Below are positions 55,202 through 64,000 of a stretch of 64,000 nt of DNA, one piece after another. How positions within the stretch are numbered: the stretch's first letter is position 1; every line of letters begins with the position of its first letter. A model generated the notes under the pieces. The model was not told the DNA's origin and did no database searches. It saw nothing but the letters and a program-made list of their open reading frames with translations. A program made the translations under genes and the position numbers. The DNA is taken from assembly GCA_965223505.1 (NCBI GenBank), contig CBDCWP010000042.1, positions 76,520 through 140,519 on the forward strand, written 5' to 3'. The DNA is from Planctomycetota bacterium (GTDB lineage: Bacteria > Planctomycetota > PLA2 > JAEUHO01).

Positions 55202-56002
55202 ATGTCTCGTTTCGTATTGTCGGCCGCGCTCGTGGCCCTTTTGGTGACGCCGGCACTCGGCGCCGATGAGGACTGCCAGCGGCTCGACATGGAGGTGCGC
55301 TGCGCCGTCGAACCGAGCACGACCGTACTGGTCGGCGACCCGTTCACCGTCACGGGCACCGTCAAGAACACCGGTACGCTGGCCCTGACCGAGGTCACGC
55401 TGGCCATCAGCGGCACCGCCGGACTCACGCACGTCGGCACCGGCTCCCTCAAGCTGCTCATCCCCAAGCTCGAGGTGGGCGAAGAGCAGAGCCTGAGCGC
55501 CGAGTTCGTCTCCGAGACGGTCGGTCCGAAGTCGGTGAGCGCTCACGCGCGCGACAAGCGCGGCTGGGCGGCGGCGGGCTGCAACTGCCCGATCCAGATC
55601 GACGGTCTGCCGGCTATTCAGGTCGAGATGATCGACGTGGACATCAGCCGCGAGGCCAAGGGCATTTTCGTGGTCGGCGAAGAGTTCATCTACACCCTCG
55701 AGGTGTTGAACGACGTCGGCACGGCGATCACGCCCGACCTGAAGGTCAACTGGGAGCTGCCGGCCGAGCTCGAGTTCGTGCGCGGCGTCGGCGACCGCGG
55801 TACGACGGTCAGCGGCTCGGGCCAGACGGCCTCGTCGTCGCCGTTCGTGCTCGCGCCGAACGACGTACAGCGGTTCGAGATCACGGTGCGGGTGTTGTCC
55901 GTTCCGCCGCGCAACCTGATTCAGACGCGTGCATCGGTGGTGAGCGCCGCCGGCGGCACCGAGCTGGCGACCGAGACCGAGTCGACGACGTTGAAGAACT
56001 AG
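55202..56002 (+). CDS. Secreted protein with two Ig-like (DUF11/CARDB, OmcB-like) domains
   Basis: GGAGG SD, signal peptide, VGDPFTVTGTVKNTG and VGEEFIYTLEVLND...LPAELEFV, ending TESTT. Confidence 0.78.
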   Translation: MSRFVLSAALVALLVTPALGADEDCQRLDMEVRCAVEPSTTVLVGDPFTVTGTVKNTGTLALTEVTLAISGTAGLTHVGTGSLKLLIPKLEVGEEQSLSAEFVSETVGPKSVSAHARDKRGWAAAGCNCPIQIDGLPAIQVEMIDVDISREAKGIFVVGEEFIYTLEVLNDVGTAITPDLKVNWELPAELEFVRGVGDRGTTVSGSGQTASSSPFVLAPNDVQRFEITVRVLSVPPRNLIQTRASVVSAAGGTELATETESTTLKN

Positions 56003-56034
56003 CCTCGACCGAGAGCTACGCGAATCACGCCTCG

Positions 56035-56064
56035 AATGGCCGCGCCGATGGGCGCGGCCATTTT
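56035..56064 (+). terminator. Rho-independent terminator
   Basis: AATGGCCGCGCC-GATG-GGCGCGGCCATT, a 12-bp stem ending in a TTTT tract, about 33 bp after the stop at 56002. Confidence 0.75.
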
Positions 56065-56073
56065 CGTGTCGCA

Positions 56074-56169
56074 GTAGGGGCAGCCCTTGTGGCTGCCCAA
56101 TTGGGCGACCACGAAGGTCGCCCCTACAGGTCGCTCGATCAATTGGGCGACCACGAAGGTCGCCCCTAC
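56074..56169. repeat. Second GTAG-family REP cluster (BIME-like) of three 25-bp REPs
   Basis: GTAGGGGCAGCCCTTGTGGCTGCCC at 56074-56098; inverted GTAGGGGCGACCTTCGTGGTCGCCC at 56103-56127 and 56145-56169. Lies between convergent genes. Confidence 0.88.
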
Positions 56170-56172
56170 GTC

Positions 56173-57018
56173 TCAGTGCTGAGCATACGGCGTCGCGTCG
56201 CGCATCTTCCACATCTGCCAACACAACCAGATGCCGAACCAACACGCCGTCGCCATCGTCGCCGCGCCGACGATCTTCAACAAGACGGCGATGTTCTCAT
56301 CCTGCTTCAGCAACCCCGTCATCGTGAGCAGGTTGTACCAATCGTGCATGTCCTTATCGACGGTGAAGCCGACGCCGGGCGCCACCAGCGGCAGCTGCCG
56401 CGTGCGCGCGTCCGCGACGTAGATCCCGACGTTGAAGAAGTTCGTCGAGAGCCAAGCGAGGGAGAAGGCGACGCCGAAATAGTCGCGCTGCTTGCGCCAC
56501 AGCATGATGCCCGCGATCACCGGAATCAGGCACTGCAGCAGCGTGCCGCCGAAGATGGTCATGAAGCGCCCGAACGGCCGGAACACGTAGTGGCCCAGCT
56601 CGTGGAAGCCCAGGTTGATCGCGTCGAACCAGCACATGTAGCTGTCGTGCGGCGCCGGATGCAGCGGCTGAATGAGGTATCGCATCGCCGCATAGGCGAA
56701 GTAGAGGATCAGCGGCGTACGAATCCACCAAGAGCGGCCGCGGCACCAGTGGCGCGCGTCGGTCAGGAACTCGGTCCAGAATCCGCCCTCCGCGGCCCAC
56801 TTCGACGGCTTTCTCCCGCCCGTTGACGGCGGCGCCTCAGCGGACGCGCCGATCGATTGCGGCGTGGCAGGCGTCGACTCGCGCCGGGCCGGCGGCCCTT
56901 TCGCTGCGAGGTCGCGAGCCCGCGCCACACAGGCCGCACAGAGAACGAGTCCCTCGTGCGCGAGCATCCCCTCCGCAGGGACCGACTGCATGCAGCGGGG
57001 ACAGAGGCGCTTCGACAC
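56173..57018 (-). CDS. Membrane protein with an N-terminal Zn-ribbon and an M50-like HExGH motif
   Basis: CPRC...CAAC; FHELGH, GGTLLQ, Y.ADA, HDWYNLL; several TM helices. Confidence 0.72.
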   Translation of the reverse strand: MSKRLCPRCMQSVPAEGMLAHEGLVLCAACVARARDLAAKGPPARRESTPATPQSIGASAEAPPSTGGRKPSKWAAEGGFWTEFLTDARHWCRGRSWWIRTPLILYFAYAAMRYLIQPLHPAPHDSYMCWFDAINLGFHELGHYVFRPFGRFMTIFGGTLLQCLIPVIAGIMLWRKQRDYFGVAFSLAWLSTNFFNVGIYVADARTRQLPLVAPGVGFTVDKDMHDWYNLLTMTGLLKQDENIAVLLKIVGAATMATACWFGIWLCWQMWKMRDATPYAQH

Positions 57019-57063
57019 GGCACCCGAATGCTGCCAAGGCGCACCGACACCGGCGCGCCCGGT

Positions 57064-58359
57064 CTACGCGTCGGAGGCGAGATCGGACGGGGCGTAGCCG
57101 TACTTCACGTCGCCGAAGCGGCCCCGCAAGGCGGCGACCTCGCTGCGCACGTCGCGCTCGTGCACGCACACCTGGTGGATCACCTCGGCGATCGCGTCCA
57201 TCTCGTCCGGCCCCATGCCGTTGCGGGTCATCTCCTGCACGCCGAGCCGGATGCCGCGCGGATTCATGGCCGCCTTGGCCGGCTCGCCGGGAAGCATGTT
57301 CATGTTGCAGATGATGTCCTGCTCGCAGAGACGGGCGCTGACCTGCTTGCCGCCGCCGTAGTCTTGGACGTCGAGCGCGACCTGGTGCGTCTCGGTGAAC
57401 CCCTTGTCGGCGCACGCGACCGTCATGCCCCGGCGGTGCAGCGCCTGTGCGAGCGCCTTGGCGTTCGAAATGGTCGCGTCCGCGTAGGCTTCGCCGAACG
57501 CCTCCACCTCCAACGCCGAGATGAGCAACGCCGGAAGCGTGAACAGGTGATGGTTGGACGACGACCCCGGAAACACGCCCTTGTCGAGCGTCTTGCACAG
57601 CGCGTCGTCGTCGCCCCGAGAAAGAACGAGTCCGCGCTGCGGGCCGAAGAACGTCTTGTGCGTCGAACCCGTGAGGACGTCCGCGCCTTCGGCCAGCGGG
57701 TCCTGCAACCGCCGACCGGCGATGAGCCCGAGCACGTGCGCGCCGTCGTAGAAGAGCCGCGTGCCCGTCTCCTTGCACACGTCCGCCAGCGCTTCGACCG
57801 GCTCCGCGAAGAGGAACAAGCTGCGGCCGACGACGGCCATCGCGGGTTCCTGCCCACGAATGGCGTCCTTGGCCGCGTCCGTGTCGATCGTGTAGCCGTC
57901 GTCTTGCATCGGCCACGGGACGATGTTCTTCGTGCGCTTGCCGAGGCTGCCCATGCGCGCGTGCGAGATGTGGCCGCCTGTCGCGACCGTGTGCGCGAAG
58001 ACCGTGGCGCCTTGCGGAACCAGGCGCGAGAACACGGCTTCGTTCGCCACGGTGCCCGAGATCGGTCGAACGTCGGCCCACTTGGTCCGGAAGAGCCGGC
58101 ACATGACCTCTCGGCACAGCAGCTCGACCTCGTCGACGTAGCGCGTGCCTTCGTAATAGCGGAAGCCCGGATGCCCCTCCGCGTAGCGGTGCATGAGGTC
58201 CGAGTCGATGACACTGCGCGCCGCGGTCGAGAGGATGTTCTCCGACGCGATGAGATTGAGCGTGCGCCCGCGCCAACGATCGTTGTCGTCGAGCACCGCG
58301 CGGACGCGTTCGAGGAGGGCCTTCGACTGTGTCGAGGACTTGATGGCACCGGTCGACAT
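57064..58359 (-). CDS. glyA: Serine hydroxymethyltransferase (archaeal-type signature)
   Basis: NLIASEN, RYAEG..G.RYYEG, GGHISH, YDGAHVLGLIAG, STHKTFFGPQ, VFPGSSSNHHL, GIRLG. Confidence 0.9.
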   Translation of the reverse strand: MSTGAIKSSTQSKALLERVRAVLDDNDRWRGRTLNLIASENILSTAARSVIDSDLMHRYAEGHPGFRYYEGTRYVDEVELLCREVMCRLFRTKWADVRPISGTVANEAVFSRLVPQGATVFAHTVATGGHISHARMGSLGKRTKNIVPWPMQDDGYTIDTDAAKDAIRGQEPAMAVVGRSLFLFAEPVEALADVCKETGTRLFYDGAHVLGLIAGRRLQDPLAEGADVLTGSTHKTFFGPQRGLVLSRGDDDALCKTLDKGVFPGSSSNHHLFTLPALLISALEVEAFGEAYADATISNAKALAQALHRRGMTVACADKGFTETHQVALDVQDYGGGKQVSARLCEQDIICNMNMLPGEPAKAAMNPRGIRLGVQEMTRNGMGPDEMDAIAEVIHQVCVHERDVRSEVAALRGRFGDVKYGYAPSDLASDA

Positions 58360-58430
58360 GGCGCGAAGTGTAGCGCCGGGGCCCGCGGGACAGAGGGCAA
58401 TCTAGGGTGCCGCCGCCCCGAACGCCGCCC

Positions 58431-60494
58431 CTACTTCCAGCCCTCGGCCCGCCCACGCTGGACGGCCTGGCGCGCCAGTGGGTCCCGCTTGACCACCGCC
58501 GCCAGCATGTCGAACAGCGTGCGCTCCGCGTCGATCGACCGATAGGTTCGCGCGAGTGCTTCGGCCAGCGCCGCCTTGAGCCGGCCGGGGTTCTCGCCGT
58601 TCTCTCGTCGGTGCAGCACGCGGCGGCGATCACGCAGGATGTCGATCACCAACGTCTGCTCGAGATCGGCCTGGACCTCCTTGGCCTTGCCCTTCGCGAT
58701 ACGCCCCATCGCCTCAGCCAGCGCCGCGCCGAGGTTGCAGGTGCGCTCGTAGTCCACGTACGTGACGGTCTGGCCGCGCAGGCCCTTGAACCGCCGCGCG
58801 TTGTCGGACAGCGCCCAGCGCACGTCTTCGATGTTGTCGGCCGATCCCAGCCGAGCGACGGAAAGCGCCGCCTGCTTCAACAAGAACGCGTCCGACTCGG
58901 AGCGCAGCACGTCGCCGAGCACGTTGACCGCCTCGGGATCCTGCCACCGTCCGAGGAGCCACGCCGCCCAAGCCCGTGCGAAGACCGGGTGCTTGCGCTC
59001 CATGACGAGCGCGTGCACGGAGGCGCGATCTTCCGACGGACCGCGGAAGCCGCTCGCGAGCACGCGCGCCGCGGGCTCGGCGTCGACACGTCCCGCGCGC
59101 ACGATCGCGAGCAAGTCCTCGAACGACGGATTCGATGGCAGCGTCGCGCCCCAGCCGCCTGCGGGATCGCCGAACGCCTCGATTTCGTGCTTGTCGGGCG
59201 CACGGGCGAAGGACCACTGCGGCCAGGCCGACGCGGCTTTGGCCCGCCGGCGCGGTTTGATGTAGCGAAACAGGTCCGCCGCCGCCGCCGGCGGAAATCC
59301 GTGTCCCTCCTTCGGCAACAGGCAGAAGACAAAGTCCTCCTTCGACTTGAGCAATCGTCGCGCGACCTTCTCGACGGGCGCCAACGGAACGACGTCGTCG
59401 TCGTCGCTGTGGTACATCCACAAGCCGGTGCCCTTCCCCACGATCGTTCCGTGTCCGGACGGCGCACCCGCGGCGGCGACTCCGACGGACGCCAACTGCT
59501 CGGCGTAGCGGCTCCCGAAGAACCACGCACCGTCGCCGCCTCCGCTGTGCCCGACGACGTGGACGCGGTTCAGGTCCACGCTCCACAAGGAGGCCACCTC
59601 CGCAATGACGTTCTGGATCCAGTCCGCGTTGACGGTCGTCTTCCATGGGGCCTCGACGGCGGTGGGCGCCACCAGGATCATGCCCGACGCCTCCGCGCCG
59701 GCCTGGAAGCGCGCCACGGCGTCGCGGCCGGAGCCGACGACCTTGTCCTCCGCCTGCATGATCCCGCCGCCGTGCAGCGCGACGAGGAGCGGCAGCGGCT
59801 CGAGCGGGTCGTACGCGAGCGGCACGAACAGCGAATAGGTGCCGCCGGGGAAGTCCGCGTTGCGGCGCGTTATCGGCACCTTGTTCGTGACACCGCGATC
59901 CTGGTGCAGGCTGCGGGCCATGCGTTCGACGAGATGCGCGGGCACCGCGGCCCCGGTGTCCCGGGCGAGCCGCTCCGATGCCGTGCGCCTTGCCTCCCCG
60001 CTGTCGAGGCGAATGATCGAGCGCAGTCCCGAGGTCAGCTGCCGATCGAGGTGCAGGTGCCCCTTTCGAAGCTGCTGCCACTTCGCCTCGCCGCGCAACA
60101 CCTTCAGCGCCTCTTCGTTCTTCGGATCGAGCAGCAGCAGCTCGGCGGCGGCGCGCTGCGCTTCGTTCTTCAGTCGTCGCCCGAGGGCCCAACGCATCAG
60201 CGCGAGGCGTCCCGCCGCGTCGTCGGGACGAAGCGTGTCGAGCTGCCGGAAGAAGCCGCTGCTGTCGGCGTCGTAGCGCACCTCGAGCACGTCGCGCTTG
60301 CGAAAGCGGCGAATGCCCAGCGTCATCGCCGGCACGGAGCAACCGAACTCGTTGAGTCGCATCTCCTCGCCGCCGCCTTGGAAGACGTAGCCGCGATGCA
60401 CTTTGTTGTCGCGCGTGACGAGCTCGTCGGCCGCCGCACGCTGCCCGCCCCCCACCGCCAGAGCAACGGCAACGAGCAGCAGGCGCGACTTCAT
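58431..60494 (-). CDS. Exported alpha/beta hydrolase with HEAT repeats
   Basis: Signal MKSRLLLVAVALAVGG; YDP..PLPLLVALHG, nucleophile GHSGG, HSDDDDVVP, GHGF. ATGA overlap with the lgt stop. Confidence 0.82.
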   Translation of the reverse strand: MKSRLLLVAVALAVGGGQRAAADELVTRDNKVHRGYVFQGGGEEMRLNEFGCSVPAMTLGIRRFRKRDVLEVRYDADSSGFFRQLDTLRPDDAAGRLALMRWALGRRLKNEAQRAAAELLLLDPKNEEALKVLRGEAKWQQLRKGHLHLDRQLTSGLRSIIRLDSGEARRTASERLARDTGAAVPAHLVERMARSLHQDRGVTNKVPITRRNADFPGGTYSLFVPLAYDPLEPLPLLVALHGGGIMQAEDKVVGSGRDAVARFQAGAEASGMILVAPTAVEAPWKTTVNADWIQNVIAEVASLWSVDLNRVHVVGHSGGGDGAWFFGSRYAEQLASVGVAAAGAPSGHGTIVGKGTGLWMYHSDDDDVVPLAPVEKVARRLLKSKEDFVFCLLPKEGHGFPPAAAADLFRYIKPRRRAKAASAWPQWSFARAPDKHEIEAFGDPAGGWGATLPSNPSFEDLLAIVRAGRVDAEPAARVLASGFRGPSEDRASVHALVMERKHPVFARAWAAWLLGRWQDPEAVNVLGDVLRSESDAFLLKQAALSVARLGSADNIEDVRWALSDNARRFKGLRGQTVTYVDYERTCNLGAALAEAMGRIAKGKAKEVQADLEQTLVIDILRDRRRVLHRRENGENPGRLKAALAEALARTYRSIDAERTLFDMLAAVVKRDPLARQAVQRGRAEGWK

Positions 60495-61382
60495 TCGTGG
60501 ACTTTCTCGACCTCGTCCGTCGTCTTCTTGCGACCGCACAGGAACAGCACGATCGCGCCGACGATCATCATGCCGAAGCACAACTCCTGCCCCCGGGTGA
60601 ACACGCCCAGGGTCACGAACCCGAGCTGCGGGTCCGGCTCGCGCGTGAACTCGATGGCGAAGCGCACGAGGCCGTAGCCGATCAGGAACAGCCCCGCGAT
60701 GCGTCCGCCGCCGACGCCCCTCTTCAACATGAGCCAGCGCAAGATGAAGAAGAGCAGCAGTCCCTCGCCGAAGGCTTCGTACAGCTGGCTGGGATGCCGC
60801 AGGTCGTCCAACATCGGCTGGTTCGCCTGCTCCCAGTACTCCGGGCCGCACTTGCGCTGGCTGTCGGCGACGACGCACGCGTTCTCGTAGTCGGGAAAGC
60901 GCATCGCCCAGGGGCCGTTCCACACGCGGCCGAACAGTTCCGCGTTGACGAAGTTGGCGAGGCGGACGAAGAAGATGCCCAGGGGCGTCGCCAGGGTGAG
61001 GCCGTCGAACAGCTCGCCGCGCGGCGTCTTCGTCTTCCACCGAGTAGATCCAGTACGCGACGATCACGCCGAGCAGGCCGCCGTGGAACGACATGCCGCC
61101 TTCCCAGACCTTGTACCAGCGCGACGCGTCGAACTCGTCGTAGAAGAAGATGTAGCCGAGGCGGCCGCCGATGAAGACGCCGAGGATGCCCCAGAACAAG
61201 ACGTCGGCCACCTTCGCGGGCTCGACGGGCCAGCGCTTGCGCTTGGCCAGGTGGGTGAGAACGACGTAGGCGCCGACGAACGCGAACACGTACGCCAGCC
61301 CGTACCACCGGACCTTGACCGCGCCGAACGAGACGATGATCGGATCGATGCGCGGGTACGGGACTTCAGCCAACCAGTGCAC
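60491..61382 (-). CDS. lgt: Prolipoprotein diacylglyceryl transferase, with a +1 frameshift near 61040 (probable sequence error)
   Basis: The first frame has IDPI...RWYGLAY, GGRLGY, WEGGMSFHGG. The second frame has RLANFVNAELFGR, RHPSQLYE, RFAIEFTREPD, TRGQEL. Confidence 0.9.
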
Positions 61383-61457
61383 GGATTTCCTCTCGTTCTG
61401 TTACCCGGCCGGACACCGGATCGGGCGGCCATTCTGCCCGTACATGGGGCGGGGCGA

Positions 61458-62776
61458 TTACGGTTTCTCCGACGCCGTCACGACGGTGCGCCGCGCCCGC
61501 TCACGGCGCCACCAATCGCGCCAGATGCGCGCGTCGGGTGCGAGCCCCTCGTCGGTCAACGCCTGCAGGCCCTGCATGACCGGCTCGGCGCCCCGCCCCG
61601 CCGAAGCTCTGGGATCGCTCCAGCGCCTCCATGAGCGGTTTGGCGAGCGGCGCGAGCGGACGCCCCACGGACCGATCGCGAACCATGGCGATGGCCGCGA
61701 GGGCCGCGCGCCGCAGGGACGCATGTCCTTCGGCCAGCGCATCCGCGAGCACGCCCATCGCCTCGGGGTCGTCGCCGCGGCCGACGAACTCGTTCGCCAC
61801 GATCAGGTGGATCGGCGCCACCGTCTGGACGGCGCGGCGCATCGAGCGCAGCGGCTCGGCAGCCAGCGGCTCGTACCCCTTCGGAACGACGACGACCTTG
61901 CCGGGCCGCACGGGCAAGCGAACCGAGCGCTCCTCGTCGCCGACCCGCATGCGCGTCGGGCGCAGGGTGCCCGAGACCTCGAGCACGCGCAGCCCGGAGA
62001 TCGCGTCGCCCGCCTCCTCGACGGGGATACGCGCCGCCGCCTCGTGCACGTCCCGGCCTTGATCCGGATCGGGCCGGAGCCGGGCTTCTGTAGAAACAGC
62101 GTCTGCGTCCAGTTGCGCTTGAGCGTGGTTGCGAACACGTCCCGGTCGCGCCGGGTGATCTCGAGGGTGATCGCGGACGGCGAGATCGCCGCGACGCCCG
62201 TCGACGCTTGCTGCGGCGCGAGCAAGACGACGTCGACCCCCGAGACGTTGCGGATGCGGATCCGGAAGTCGACCGGGTTGCCGAACGTCACGTAGTCGCG
62301 GACGGGCCGCGCCTCCACGCGCAACAGCTCCACCTGCGCCTTCTTCATGCGCAGCGTCATCTTCAGCTGGCGCAGCCGGTTCGCCACGCCTGCGGCGGTT
62401 CCTGTTGCAGGGCGTTGTTGATGATCTGAAGCGCCGCATCGTCGTACCCCGCCTGCACGTAACGCGACGCGAGCTCGAGCTTTTCCCCCCAACCGGCCTC
62501 GCGATCGTCCACGGGCCGACGGTCGCGCAGCGGGTCGTTGGCGCCGCCCCGAACGTTGGGGTTGGGGATCACGATCGGTTCGAAGCCGGGCGCGATCGGC
62601 CCCTCGGGCTGCGCCTCCGGCTCGGCGGTCTCGTCGTCGGGCTGGGTGCTGCTGCAGCCGCAAAGCAACGCGCAGGATGTGAGACCAACGAGAACGAGCC
62701 GACGCAAGGCGCCGGCTCGTTTCGGATGAGCAATGTGACGTGCGTACACGTTCGTAGAATGACGCCGAGGCGTCAT
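61458..62776 (-). CDS. Hypothetical lipoprotein with a C-terminal HEAT repeat, split by three frameshifts (about 62384, 62052, 61617)
   Basis: LLCGC lipobox; a coherent protein can be read across four track ORFs and ends WRDWWRRE, like other HEAT proteins in the window. Confidence 0.6.
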
Positions 62777-62783
62777 ATGGCCG

Positions 62784-64000
62784 TCACTCGGACTTGGGCT
62801 CGTCACCCTCGGCTTCGGCTGGCGTCTCCTCGGCGGCGGCCTCGGCGGGCGCCTCTTCGGCAGGCGCTTCCTCTGCGGCGGCCGCGGCGGGCGCCTCTTC
62901 GGCAGGCGCTTCCTCGGCCGGGGTCTCGTCGGCGGAGGCCTCGACCGGCGCCTCTTCCCCAGGCGCTTCCTCGGCCGGGGTGTCGTCGGCGACGGCTTCC
63001 GCCGGCGCTTCCTCGGCGGGGTGTCTCGTCCGCGGCGGCCTCGGCAGGCGCCTCCTCCGTCGCTTCGGACGACGCCTCCTCGGCGTCCTCGATCGTGGGA
63101 TCGATGGACTCCGTGTCGACCTCCGCGCCCTCCGCCGCCGCCGCGGCGGCGATCGCCTTCTGCGCGGCCGCCTCGACGACCTTGGCCTTGCTGTCCGACA
63201 GCAGCGCCTTGGCGATCTCCTCGTCGCGCACCAGCGTCAGCGCGATCTTGCGATCGTCGGTGTCGAGACGCAGCACCTTGACGGCGACGGCGTCGCCGGG
63301 CTGCAGGTTGTCGGCGGGCGTGAGCTCGGAGATGTGCAGCAGGCCCTCGAGGTCCTGATCGAGCTGCACGAAGATGCCGAAGTTCGTCACCTTCGTGACG
63401 GCACCGGCATGCTCGGTCTCGGGCTTGAACTTCTCGAGAATCTCCTTCTGCCACGGGTCGAGCTCGAGCTGCTTGAGGCCGAGCGCGATCCGCTTCTTGT
63501 CCGGGTGCACCGACAGCACGACGGCGCGCACCGTGGAGCCCTTGTCCATGACCTCGGCCGGGTTCGCGATCTTCTTCGTCCAGGACATGTCCGAGACGTG
63601 CAGGAGCCCGTCGATGCCGTCCTCGATCTCGATGAACGCGCCGTAGCTCGTGAGGTTGCGCACCATGCCCTCGACCAGCGTGCCGGGGGGGAAGCGCTTG
63701 TCGACGTCGTCCCACGGGTTGCCGTCGGCCTGCTTCATGCCGAGCGAGATCTCTTGCTTCTCGCGGTTGATGTCGAGCCACGACGACCTCGACCTCGTCC
63801 TGCACCTTGACGATCTCGTTCGGGTGGTTGACCCGCTTCGACCAGGACATCTCGGAGATGTGCACGAGACCCTCGATGCCGTCTTCGAGCTTCACGAACG
63901 CGCGTAGGGCATCACGTTCACGACCGTGCCCTTGACGCGGCTTCCGACGGGGTACTTGAGCTCGACGGTCTCCCAGGGGCTGGGAACTTCTGCTTGAGGC
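62784..64000 (-). CDS. rpsA: 30S ribosomal protein S1, C-terminal part, with four single-base frameshifts (about 63983, 63903, 63778, 63020)
   Basis: S1 domains [51 protein letters not shown]...EGLLHISE; the corrected tail ends [11 protein letters not shown] at 62784. Confidence 0.9.
62805..63090 (-). repeat. Coding tandem repeats (EEAPA/DETPA units) in the acidic tail of rpsA
   Basis: Repeated minus-strand GAGGAAGCGCC/GAAGAGGCGCC units with 15- and 33-bp periodicity. Confidence 0.75.

Noticed and set aside
58431..61382. 983-aa Lgt-hydrolase fusion in the ORF track
   Set aside because: It is an artefact of the +1 indel near 61040. The hydrolase has its own ATG (60494) and signal peptide, and the Lgt C-terminus is in another frame.
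61030..64000. Eight frameshifts in lgt, the lipoprotein and rpsA read as pseudogenes or programmed frameshifting
   Set aside because: They are small indels, mostly in G/C runs. They hit normally essential genes and cluster at the window end while the first 60 kb is essentially clean, which is typical of low-coverage long-read consensus error.

Overview
This is a very GC-rich (about 70% by eye), gene-dense bacterial chromosomal segment, most likely Planctomycetota/PVC. The evidence for that is a Minf_1886-like protein, an OmcB/DUF11-like protein, a stand-alone DnaA paralog, and HEAT/VWA and squalene-cyclase-repeat exported proteins. Housekeeping genes (nucleotide-sugar enzymes, accBC, asd, moaC, comM, nhaA/nhaR, pgeF, holB, tmk, glyA, lgt, rpsA) are mixed with large exported proteins. 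The most striking feature is a ~1980-aa lipoprotein-type RHS protein. After the DPxG cleavage motif, its 300-aa C-terminal cargo is not a recognisable toxin but an in-frame patchwork of 16-21-aa peptides. These resemble conserved pieces of type VI secretion structural proteins (Hcp, two VgrG segments in reversed order, DUF4150 PAAR-like) plus other fragments. There is no immunity gene and no T6SS locus in the window. Other signals are a duplicated NhaR-type promoter with base-exact spacing upstream of two unannotated small ORFs, two BIME-like GTAG-REP clusters, an archaeal-type GlyA, an ECF/anti-sigma/paralog module next to a secreted CHAT protease, a predominance of TAG stops and probable leaderless starts. 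Eight frameshifts cluster in the last 3 kb and are probably sequence errors. No rRNA, tRNA or CRISPR array was recognised. All family assignments come from motif recognition by eye, not database searches.
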